Source: Vampirovibrio sp.
GTDB lineage: Bacteria > Cyanobacteriota > Vampirovibrionia > Vampirovibrionales > JAJTHC01
DNA: 64,000 nucleotides
Reading direction: 5' to 3'
Assembly (NCBI GenBank): GCA_024998755.1
Contig: JACEUU010000003.1
Span: 1,291,331-1,355,330 of the forward strand
Positions 30,181-38,532 of this stretch are shown here, piece after piece. Positions within the stretch are counted from its first letter, which is position 1, and each line of letters opens with the position of its first letter. The notes beneath the pieces are model-generated. The model was not told where the DNA came from. It was given only the letters and a program-made list of their open reading frames with translations, and made no database searches. Both the position numbers and the translations under genes were made by a program.

Positions 30181-30360
30181 AAAAATGATGCCCTTAATCG
30201 ACAATCAAGAAGAAAACGTCGCTAGTTTTCTGCATAAGCACCTACAGGAAGATTCGTCTTTACGTTTAGTTTCTGCTTATTTTACGATTTATGCTTATGC
30301 TGGTTTGCGTGATCACTTGGCACAGTTAAAATCTGTTCGCTTTTTATTGTTTCATAAATA
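30181..30360 (+). pseudogene. 59-codon remnant resembling the N-terminus of a PLD-domain helicase/nuclease
   Basis: MMPLIDNQEENVASFLHKHLQEDSSLRLVSAYFTIYAYAGLRDHLAQLKSVRFLL resembles the N-terminal PLD-like module of defence helicases. Ends abruptly. Confidence 0.3.
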
Positions 30361-30719
30361 AGGTATCGGGTAAAAACGCGAAAAAGGTTGCTTGGGGGAT
30401 TACACAGGCGTTGAGGGGGTTTTACGTTCATACCGTGACGTTTGACAACAAAAAGAGTTTACGTGGCATTGGAAAATTGGGGAATCATTAGGGGTACAGA
30501 CGTTTTTTGCGGATTCTTATTCATCTTGGTAACGAGGGATAAATGAAAATACGAATGGGTGCGTATAAGGTTTGACACAATTCTACAGATTTTGCAGGTA
30601 TTCGATTTTATTGGATTTGAGGCAAAGTAAGTAATGAAATAGGTTGTTATTTTTCCCGCTAATTTGATGTGTTTTGCAGAAAAATTACACAGGAATTACA
30701 CAGAGATTCCACCTAAAAA

Positions 30720-30786
30720 TTACCGAACGGTAACAAATAGCCATTTTAGGCTAAAAATAGGCTATACTATTACCGTACGGTAACAA
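30720..30786 (+). promoter_or_regulatory. Two 17-bp palindromic boxes TTACCGAACGGTAACAA and TTACCGTACGGTAACAA, 50 bp apart, upstream of the hipB-like remnant; putative operators
   Basis: The second box is a perfect palindrome. HipB-type XRE regulators bind paired palindromic operators. Confidence 0.45.
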
Positions 30787-30814
30787 GGTTGAAACATAGG
30801 AATACTCTGCTAAA

Positions 30815-31030
30815 ATGACGGTTTTCATCAAAAAAGTGGCAGATATTGCTAAGCTGGTAAAAGAAGCCCGTTTGGAATAAGGCTTTACCCAAGTACGGCT
30901 ATCCCAATTGTGCAATGTAGGCACTCGGTTTATTGTGGATTTAGAAAAAGGCAAGCCCACCTGCCAGCTAGATAAAACGCTCAATGTCTTAGTAAATTTA
31001 GGTATCCGTCTTGAATATAATCAACTGTAA
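30815..31030 (+). pseudogene. HipB-like XRE-family HTH antitoxin with in-frame TAA; no hipA partner
   Basis: MTVFIKKVADIAKLVKEARLE * GFTQVRLSQLCNVGTRFIVDLEKGKPTCQLDKTLNVLVNLGIRLEYNQL. The stop replaces the Lys/Gln of the usual EARLxKGLTQ motif. Confidence 0.45.
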
Positions 31031-31197
31031 CCGCCATAAAATGATAGATGTTGTTGAACAACCTTTAATAAGACCGTCTCGTTATTAAAGAAAAATGTGT
31101 TAAGCTTTAATAACGTTGTTCGCTTATTAAAGGTTTAGAGTCATATATCCTCAAAAGAGGAAACAATTAAAGTCCAAATAGGAATAATAAAAACATC

Positions 31198-31740
31198 ATG
31201 ACAAAAAAATTATGGCAAAAATCGGCTATTTTGGGTGGCAAGTCGCAAGAGTATCGCTACCATCTGGCGAGACAGTGTTCAGGTCAAATACAGAAGCTGG
31301 AACATCCAGAGCAAGAGTTAAAAATGTCTTTTTTGTTGGTTGTGATGCTAAACCCAAGCACAGCGGATGCCGAAAAAGACGATAATACGATTACAAGGCT
31401 TATGAATTTTGCACGCCGACATGGCTTTGAACGGTTGGAAGTGGTAAATCTCTTTGCATTGAGAACGTCTAAGCCCTCTGAACTAGATAAAAATCCCAAT
31501 CCCGCTGGAGAAGATAATCCCAAATGGGTAGAAGGAAGGTTAAAGCAAGCCTCAAAAATTCTATTAGCCTACGGAACCAATTCGTTAAGCTCGCCATATA
31601 GTGCTATTTTAAAAGATCAATTGAAAGCTCTTGGCTTGGTAGAAAAAGTCTATTGTTTTCGTAAGAACAAAGATGGTAACCCAACTCATCCGAGTCGCCA
31701 CATGACAGATTCGTCCACTTTAATCCAATTTAATTTGTAA
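31198..31740 (+). CDS. DUF1643-family protein
   Basis: Family hallmarks MLNPSTADAEKDDNTITRL, VVNLFALRTSKPSEL and GNPTHPSRH. Confidence 0.7.
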   Translation: MTKKLWQKSAILGGKSQEYRYHLARQCSGQIQKLEHPEQELKMSFLLVVMLNPSTADAEKDDNTITRLMNFARRHGFERLEVVNLFALRTSKPSELDKNPNPAGEDNPKWVEGRLKQASKILLAYGTNSLSSPYSAILKDQLKALGLVEKVYCFRKNKDGNPTHPSRHMTDSSTLIQFNL

Positions 31741-31764
31741 AAATTCGAGCTAATAAAAGCTATA

Positions 31765-31932
31765 ATGTACCACCCGTATGCGTCAAAAGCCTTGGCATTA
31801 TCCCAGCCGACGGTTACGAAAGCGTTTCAAAAATTGGAGGCGTTGGGTATTGTGGTAGAAGTAAGCGGTAAGCAACGAGGACGCTTTTTTGCCTATTCGG
31901 CTTATACCGCTTTATTGAGCAACCCTTCATAG
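31765..31932 (+). CDS. Small winged-helix ORF (55 aa), possibly a Fic-type C-terminal wHTH remnant
   Basis: LSQPTVTKAFQKLEALGIVVEVSGKQRGRFFAY resembles the C-terminal wHTH of Fic-family proteins. Below the ORF-track length cutoff. Confidence 0.3.
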   Translation: MYHPYASKALALSQPTVTKAFQKLEALGIVVEVSGKQRGRFFAYSAYTALLSNPS

Positions 31933-31945
31933 GCTAAATTTTTAA

Positions 31946-31990
31946 AACGCCCCCGTTGCGATTGCGAAAGTTGCGAAAGTTGCGATTTTA
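31946..31990 (+). repeat. Tandem 9-bp repeat GTTGCGAAA/GTTGCGATT (about 4 units) upstream of the SIR2 gene
   Basis: CGTTGCGATTGCGAAAGTTGCGAAAGTTGCGATTTT, seen directly. Confidence 0.6.
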
Positions 31991-34900
31991 CCCTTCCTGT
32001 TTTAAAAACTGGTGGGCTTTTTGGTTTGCTACAAGGTTTGAAATTCGTTATAATACTTCTATTCTCGTTAATGTTTATAATGAAAGCTTATCATTGTTGA
32101 AATTTATACAACACCCCGCAGATTTACCGCCTGAATTACTGCAAGCCTATCAAGAACAAAAGCTCATCTTCTTTTGTGGGGCGGGGGTTTCCAACTATGG
32201 TGAGGAAATAGATAGCCATTACCATTCATTTGATGAATTATGTAGAGCCGTTTTAGATAGGTTTGATTTATCTTGGGAGTATAGACAATCCAATCTTGCC
32301 CAACAGTTGTATATACAACAAAGGTACGATGAATTACTTGAATATATGGTGGCACAGTATGGTTCTAAACAATTAAATGATTTTATTCAGCAATTGTTTA
32401 CAGAGCCACCAGCCCGTTTGAATTGTTCTCAGCATCAAACTATTTTAAAGTTGGCAAGTGGTGTAGGTGGTAGAATTGTAACCACTAACTTTGATACGTT
32501 ATTTACCAACGCACAGGAGCAATTACCTGAAAGTAAGCGTTTTAAAAATTTGTATGCACCTACCCTACCTATTGCTAGAGAAGAGCATTGGGAAGCGTCT
32601 TCTATTGTGTATTTGCATGGGGGTATGGAAGATACCAACCCCAAAAAACGACTAATTTACAGGAGTTCATGCTTTGGACAAGCCTATATTACTGATGGGT
32701 GGGCTGCCCGTTTTATTACAGAATTAGTGCAACATTTTCATCTTTGTTTTGTGGGTTATAGCATTAACGACCCTATTATGAATTATATGATGCAGGCTAT
32801 TAAAGTAAACGAAAAGAAACACTCTTGTCGTCGTTTTGTATGTCATGTTTCTGATTCGTTTATAGCTGCTAAAGAAGCTCAAACATTATTCAAAATTAAA
32901 GGGGTTGAACCAATAGCATTTAATACTTATCTTGATATGTGGAAAATACTGGATGAATGGCATGCCTTACAGCAACAAGATATTATTACTTTATGCCAGC
33001 AAGCATTTCAGTTGTTTGATCCTAAAGCCAACACCTTAATCCCTGAACAACGTTACGTCATTCAGCATCTAATCACTAAAGAAGAAAAAGAGTTTCGAAA
33101 ACTGGTAGAAGCGGTTACCGCAAAACAACTGCCCATAGGGTTGCTATATGCCATTGGACGCATCGATACCTTACAACGGATGGATAAAAGTGAACGAAAG
33201 AGAAAAAGCCAAGAGGCTGAAACGGATTTCGCTTTGTTTGATACGTTACCGAACTTAATCCAACCAGATTTTAAGCCAAACTGTTCGAATCCTTCATTTA
33301 GCCAATACGGGTACTTGTTTAGTCCAGCCAGCCAGCCGTTACACCCAGTAGCTTCTATATGTGCAACGCTTATTTGTCAAAACATCCATCAACCTGAAGT
33401 GTTGATGTGGGTATTGGAACAAAACGATGGTGGTTATTTAGCTCCATCTTTGGTGAATCAACTTAGTATTGCTTTACAGTTTTCTCAACATGAAGCCATG
33501 CCTGAAGGGCTGAAAAAGGGGTGGGAGCTTTTGTTGTTGAATCAACGGCTATTGCCTCGGGCAATTTCGAATGGGTTTGATTGTTTACCAGATGACCAGT
33601 TACAAAACAATACGCTTGCAACCCGTACCTATTTTACGCAAAAATTACGCCCTTACTTAAAGCTAACACCGCCTTATTACTATCGATTTTTTTTAGAACA
33701 GGATGATGAAAACAATCAACCCCTAGTTTACTATGAAGCAAAAATTGAATTTCAACAAAAGGATTTAACCTTTCACGAACTTGAAAAATGTAGCGAACAA
33801 ACAACAGACCCTGAGATGTTAATAGCGTTAATGGGGATTATTGAAAATACGGTGCATCAGTACTTACAATTGTTTGCTGAAATTGAAAAAGATGAGAGCT
33901 TTATACGTCTTTTTGAAATACCTTCTATCATAAGGCATGGACAAAATCAGGGTTATAGGCAGTTACCGCAGTTGTTTGCTGTTATAGAACTTTTGTTGGA
34001 CAAATTGGTTAAACAAAAAGTAGGCTGGTGTAATCAAACGATGGAACGCTATGCACAACAACCGCATACGTTATGGCATAGAATGGTATTAGCCTACACC
34101 ACTAAATATGAATTAAACCTAGAACCTGCATTGGCACTATTACGGGCTAATCAATACGCTTATATAGAAGTATTTAGCAGAATTAAAAAAGAATTTTATG
34201 AATTGCTAGAATATAAAGCAGACCGATTGCCTGATGATATAAGGCAAACTTGTTTTGAACTGTCACGCCAACCATCGAGAGATTATCAACAACACATTGA
34301 AGTAGGATGGGATAAAAACGAAAAATACAATGTGTTACGGTTGTTAAAAGCTCAAGGTATTGCGTTACCTGATGAAGCCTTAGAAACAGTGTATCAAACC
34401 TTATTGGAAGAACGTCAACAGTATCAACAGGCAGAAGACGCTACAGACCAATTCAAGTTTAGTGCTTATTCTACAGGGTTTACACGGGTTCAGCCCGATG
34501 CGATACCTGAAGAATTAAACGAAGGAAAAACTGACGCTGCGTTATTTGCGTACTTTAAAGGGGAGGGGGTTACCCATCGTTACCACTTGGATTTAGAAGA
34601 AACCTTCAGAGCATTTGTAGAAAAATACCCTGTACGGGCGTTTAATCAAGTATTTAAACCGTTATTGAATGAAAATGCTGCTCAATATAGCAAACTTTAT
34701 TTACGAGCGTTTGATTGGGGATTAGCTGCTTATATTGAACCCATCCATTCTTCTCCTAAGCAATCAGAACCTGAAGCATCGCCTCCTCCTCTGGTTACCC
34801 TACCAGATTTATGGACGTTAGTAGAATCGTTTTTTATGCTTGATACCGTGCATGATACCTGTCAAGCCCTTTACAGTAGTACCGCTTTTATTAGGAAGCA

Positions 34901-36011
34901 GTATAGAGCCTTATGGCAGGAAGATACCCATCGGTTTTGGCGGTTTTTTGAAATGGTGTGGCAACGGGCGGTACAAAAACTAGCCATTAGCGAGCAGAGC
35001 CGTCCAGATTTTTTATCTGATGCTATTAACGCACCCATTGGCAGATTAGTGGAAACATTATTGGATTTAGAACTTCAACGGTTGAATGAGAACCGTATTA
35101 GCACATTATTACCTGAAACGATTACTTATTTAGAAAGTATCCCCACCCTAGAAAACGGTACAATGTTGTACAGCCTGCTAGGTAGCAATTTAGCTTTATT
35201 GCTTAAAATGCACCTTGTTTGGACGGAAACACAGTTGATACCCCTACTAACTTCCACCACAGAACCTGAAAAAACCAAAGGGCTTGCTCTTTCAGAAGGC
35301 TTAATTGGCTATGGGCAGTGGACTGATTTAGTTCACAATCATTTAAAAGAATCGTTACTACAGTTAGATATGGGTGTTCATTTCAACGAACAGAGAGACT
35401 ACCAATTATTTAACAACTATGTATCTCGTATATTGGAATCTTATTTTGTTCCTCAGAATGAAGCACCTGATGTAGAAAAAATAACGCTGATAGAATTGCA
35501 CGCATGGTTGGCTTCCTTACCAACGCCAAAAAGTTTGGATTGTGTGGCTAGAGAACTGGTTGTATATTACAAACAGGTTTCTGTTGATGAAGCTGAAACG
35601 TTGATTGAACAGTTTTTAGCACCACTACTAACGAAGGGGTGGGTTAATACGGTAGATAAAAGAACCCCTCAGCAAACCAGTTGTTTTTTACAACTTGCAT
35701 TGGTGCATCCTAAGTATTTTGGTAAAATTATCAGCATCGTGAAAGAAGCAAACTTGATACTACGCTTACCTGATGAAGCCACATTCCATGATTTGTGTTT
35801 TTATTGGCTTGAAAAAGAACAGCTAGAAGCCTTAGCCCTAGAAGATTTTGAGTTATTTTGCAATGTAATATTAGATTATTTACCCCTGCAACCAATTAAT
35901 ACGAGTACGTATTTATTACAAGAATACTTGTATAAAAGGTTATTAGCACAGCAAACATATCCATTACCGAAAGCATTGGAAGCGTATTTTACTAGAATGT
36001 TACGCAACTAA
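31956..36011 (+). CDS. Defence-associated sirtuin (DSR2-like): N-terminal SIR2_2 NADase domain plus ~1000-aa helical C-terminal region
   Basis: SIR2_2 motifs in DSR2/ThsA order: KLIFFCGAGVS, IVTTNFDTL, IVYLHGG, CFVGYSINDP. The ORF-track start lies in a tandem repeat. The real start is probably TTG near 32094 (LKFIQHPADLPP...). Confidence 0.8.
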   Translation: MRLRKLRKLRFYPSCFKNWWAFWFATRFEIRYNTSILVNVYNESLSLLKFIQHPADLPPELLQAYQEQKLIFFCGAGVSNYGEEIDSHYHSFDELCRAVLDRFDLSWEYRQSNLAQQLYIQQRYDELLEYMVAQYGSKQLNDFIQQLFTEPPARLNCSQHQTILKLASGVGGRIVTTNFDTLFTNAQEQLPESKRFKNLYAPTLPIAREEHWEASSIVYLHGGMEDTNPKKRLIYRSSCFGQAYITDGWAARFITELVQHFHLCFVGYSINDPIMNYMMQAIKVNEKKHSCRRFVCHVSDSFIAAKEAQTLFKIKGVEPIAFNTYLDMWKILDEWHALQQQDIITLCQQAFQLFDPKANTLIPEQRYVIQHLITKEEKEFRKLVEAVTAKQLPIGLLYAIGRIDTLQRMDKSERKRKSQEAETDFALFDTLPNLIQPDFKPNCSNPSFSQYGYLFSPASQPLHPVASICATLICQNIHQPEVLMWVLEQNDGGYLAPSLVNQLSIALQFSQHEAMPEGLKKGWELLLLNQRLLPRAISNGFDCLPDDQLQNNTLATRTYFTQKLRPYLKLTPPYYYRFFLEQDDENNQPLVYYEAKIEFQQKDLTFHELEKCSEQTTDPEMLIALMGIIENTVHQYLQLFAEIEKDESFIRLFEIPSIIRHGQNQGYRQLPQLFAVIELLLDKLVKQKVGWCNQTMERYAQQPHTLWHRMVLAYTTKYELNLEPALALLRANQYAYIEVFSRIKKEFYELLEYKADRLPDDIRQTCFELSRQPSRDYQQHIEVGWDKNEKYNVLRLLKAQGIALPDEALETVYQTLLEERQQYQQAEDATDQFKFSAYSTGFTRVQPDAIPEELNEGKTDAALFAYFKGEGVTHRYHLDLEETFRAFVEKYPVRAFNQVFKPLLNENAAQYSKLYLRAFDWGLAAYIEPIHSSPKQSEPEASPPPLVTLPDLWTLVESFFMLDTVHDTCQALYSSTAFIRKQYRALWQEDTHRFWRFFEMVWQRAVQKLAISEQSRPDFLSDAINAPIGRLVETLLDLELQRLNENRISTLLPETITYLESIPTLENGTMLYSLLGSNLALLLKMHLVWTETQLIPLLTSTTEPEKTKGLALSEGLIGYGQWTDLVHNHLKESLLQLDMGVHFNEQRDYQLFNNYVSRILESYFVPQNEAPDVEKITLIELHAWLASLPTPKSLDCVARELVVYYKQVSVDEAETLIEQFLAPLLTKGWVNTVDKRTPQQTSCFLQLALVHPKYFGKIISIVKEANLILRLPDEATFHDLCFYWLEKEQLEALALEDFELFCNVILDYLPLQPINTSTYLLQEYLYKRLLAQQTYPLPKALEAYFTRMLRN
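32026..32054 (+). promoter_or_regulatory. Sigma-70-like promoter: TTGCTA - 17 bp - TATAAT
   Basis: The -35 at 32026-32031 and -10 at 32049-32054 with exact 17-bp spacing. A 6-codon out-of-frame uORF (ATG 32080, MKAYHC) overlaps the likely TTG start at 32094/32097. Confidence 0.5.
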
Positions 36012-36289
36012 AACGCTTCTATGGTGTTTTTGCAATCTTGAAACAACTGTTTAATCATCTGCCATTCATCCTTAGTCTCTTGGCTATAACAACCGTGCTT
36101 AAAATTACCCAAGCGTTGCCCCGCCTTCCCTTGAGGTGTTTTCGTCCCTGTGGATTTTCCCCCATGCAACCGACACCGCCCATTTTTCATGGCAGGTTGC
36201 TTACAAGGTAAACCGCTTCTTTTCCCCGTAGCTCCGCATTGCTTAAAAGGGTGAAGTATCGGGACAAGGGGTAGATCTTCAGTTTTCAT
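36008..36289 (-). CDS. Small Cys/His-rich protein with HGGxSTG motif (zinc-ribbon-like)
   Basis: CGATGKRSGLPCKQPAMKNGRCRLHGGKSTGTKTPQGKAG...FKHGCYS. Convergent with the SIR2 gene, overlapping it by 4 bp. Confidence 0.45.
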   Translation of the reverse strand: MKTEDLPLVPILHPFKQCGATGKRSGLPCKQPAMKNGRCRLHGGKSTGTKTPQGKAGQRLGNFKHGCYSQETKDEWQMIKQLFQDCKNTIEAF

Positions 36290-36299
36290 TATAGTCCTC

Positions 36300-36395
36300 C
36301 CCTATGCCACAAGGGCATTGACGGCGGGATGTTCTTTTTGCCCCGCTGGTGGACGGAACGCATCGGCAACTGCAGAGCAAACGCGATGGTCGTTC
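36300..36395 (-). repeat. Family F dispersed element (inverted copy)
   Basis: Reverse complement matches 55434-55530 at ~85%: GAACGACCATCGCGTTTGCTCTGCAG...GGGGCAAAAAGA.CATCCC...GTGGCATAG. Confidence 0.6.
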
Positions 36396-36504
36396 AAGGG
36401 CTGGTACAGCCGAACGGTTTACCCTTGAACGGCAGGCGATGCCTGCTAGAACGCGATCATTACGGAGGGATTGTTTAACACCCAAAAAAAGGGGGAGTTA
36501 AGGG

Positions 36505-36555
36505 CTTATTTCGCTATGTCCACCGATACCCTTGAACATAGGGATTGTGCCTCCA
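36505..36555 (+). repeat. 50-bp direct repeat, left flank of the Fic cassette
   Basis: CTTATTTCGCTATGTCCACCGATACCCTTGAACATAGGGATTGTG is ~80% identical to 38003-38055. Confidence 0.6.
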
Positions 36556-36862
36556 AGACACCGAACATTGTGCGAAGCCTCCACAACAGAACGGCTGGTT
36601 ATGGTATTCTCTATCCAAAGCGGTGGCATGACAGTTTGATTGAGACCCTACAATAGCTGTGAAATCTGAGAAGACTTGTAGAGAATTCAAGCAAAAGGTA
36701 GAGTCTACAGGACGTTTTTTCGGCTATATTACGGCTACTTTTTGGCTATGAAAGCAACGAATCCATCAAGCTAAGCCATCAAAAAACCCTGACAAAGGCT
36801 TGCTTATTTCATCCGTATCGGGTAAAATCGGGTATAATCAGGTATGTTATCGGGTATTTTTT

Positions 36863-37918
36863 ATGAATGAAGTCACACTTTCTTTATCTTCCGACCTTGT
36901 CAAACTCATTGCTGAGATTGACGAGTTTAAAGGGCGTTGGGATGCCTTAAAAGTTTTGTCTCCTGAACGCTTGAATGCCTTAAAACATACGGCAACTATT
37001 GAAAGCATTGGCTCTTCCACCCGTATTGAAGGGGTTGCCTTAACAGATGTTCAAGTAGAAACATTACTTTCTAACCTGCAAATGACCTCTTTTAAAAGCA
37101 GAGATGAGCAAGAAGTGGCGGGTTATGCCGAAGCGATGGATCTGGTGTTTCAAGCCTATGCGGAACTTCGCCCCACGGAAAACCATATCAAACAACTGCA
37201 CCAGCTTTTATTGAAACACAGCTCCAAAGATGACCGTCACCGTGGACAGTATAAAACACTCGCCAATCACGTTGTGGCGAAGAACGCTCAAGGTGTTGAA
37301 GTAGGCATTGTTTTTGAAACTACCACACCCTTTGACACCCCCCGTGAAATGGAAGAGTTGGTGCATTGGCTTAACAAGGCTATTCAGGAAGAGAGTTTTC
37401 ATCCGTTGTTGCTCGTGGCGGTGTTTGTCGTGTGTTTTCTTGCCATTCACCCTTTTCAAGATGGGAATGGTCGGTTATCCCGTGTTTTAACAACCTTACT
37501 GCTCTTGCGGGCGGGCTATGCGTATGTGCCTTATGCGTCTTTGGAACATGTGATTGAAGAAAATAAGGATTTATATTACAAGGCGTTACGCCGTACGCAA
37601 TTGACCCTCAACTCAAGCCAACCCGATTGGGAGCCTTGGCTGGGATTCTTTTTGCGTTGTCTAAAAAAACAAAAAGACAGGCTTCAACAGCGATTGGATA
37701 AGGAACGCCAAACCTCTAGCATAGATGAGGCACTGCCGTCCTTGTCTATAGAAATTTTAAAACTGCTAAGCCTTCATGAACGGTTGACCATTGCGGAGAT
37801 AGTGGGACTTACCAACGCCAACCAAAACACCCTCAAGGTAAGGCTTCGGGAGTTAGTGGCACTCGGTCGAATACAGCGTTTTGGCAAGGCCAGAGCAACT
37901 TGGTATAGATTGGCATAG
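36863..37918 (+). CDS. Fic/DOC family protein (AMPylation fold) with C-terminal winged helix
   Basis: Fic motif HPFQDGNGRLSRVL and C-terminal wHTH LTIAEIVGLTNANQNTLKVRLRELVALGRIQRFG. Start taken at MNEVTLS. Confidence 0.8.
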   Translation: MNEVTLSLSSDLVKLIAEIDEFKGRWDALKVLSPERLNALKHTATIESIGSSTRIEGVALTDVQVETLLSNLQMTSFKSRDEQEVAGYAEAMDLVFQAYAELRPTENHIKQLHQLLLKHSSKDDRHRGQYKTLANHVVAKNAQGVEVGIVFETTTPFDTPREMEELVHWLNKAIQEESFHPLLLVAVFVVCFLAIHPFQDGNGRLSRVLTTLLLLRAGYAYVPYASLEHVIEENKDLYYKALRRTQLTLNSSQPDWEPWLGFFLRCLKKQKDRLQQRLDKERQTSSIDEALPSLSIEILKLLSLHERLTIAEIVGLTNANQNTLKVRLRELVALGRIQRFGKARATWYRLA

Positions 37919-38002
37919 ACAAATGCCAAGACCTTGTGAGACCTTGGTGTGAAACGGTTTACCACCACGAGTCATAAAAGACGGCCTGCTCTTGGGCAAT
38001 GG

Positions 38003-38055
38003 TTTATTTCGCTATGCCTACCGACACCCTTTTATCTTGGAGATTGTGTATCAAA
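38003..38055 (+). repeat. 50-bp direct repeat, right flank of the Fic cassette
   Basis: TTTATTTCGCTATGCCTACCGACACCCTTTTATCTTGGAGATTGTG. Confidence 0.6.
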
Positions 38056-38061
38056 CCCATT

Positions 38062-38265
38062 CAAAGATTAAATAGCGTAAGTTTTCCTCTGTAGGGGTGC
38101 GATTTATCGCATCCGTTTGGGGATTGTGGGGCGGACATGATGAATCACGCCCCTACATTCAACACGCTATTTAATCATTGAATTGGTATAATACAGCGTG
38201 GGTGAAATCGTTCGCCTATTTCCCCTATATTCAACACGCTATTTAAACTTGGAATTGGTATAAGC
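38062..38265 (+). repeat. Family A palindromic element plus tandem family B end motifs
   Basis: TCTGTAGGGGTGCGATTTATCGCATCCG...CACGCCCCTAC followed by two copies of ATTCAACACGCTATTTAA.C.TTGGAATTGGTATAA spaced 71 bp apart. Confidence 0.65.
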
Positions 38266-38532
38266 CCTTATTACGGATCCATGTCCATGTGAAGTCCAGA
38301 ACTCTTATCGGGTTTTTGGGCAATTTTACAGCAATGGTGATAGATGCTTAGCCGTTCCACGATAACGCCCCGCCTACGGCTATAAAACCCGATGAGTGAG
38401 GCACGGCCTGAAACGGAAAGGAAGAGTGACCGAAACGAATTGCCCAAACAAAAACAAGCCCTGCAAAGCAGACAATATGTGGGTTACAGCAGCAAAATTC
38501 CACGCTGCTAAAGGAATAAGGAGAAGTGATGG

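Noticed and set aside
36471-36656. 61-aa ORF upstream of the Fic gene as a possible antitoxin
   Set aside because: It overlaps the 50-bp direct repeat and has no HTH or antitoxin-like features. Probably non-coding.
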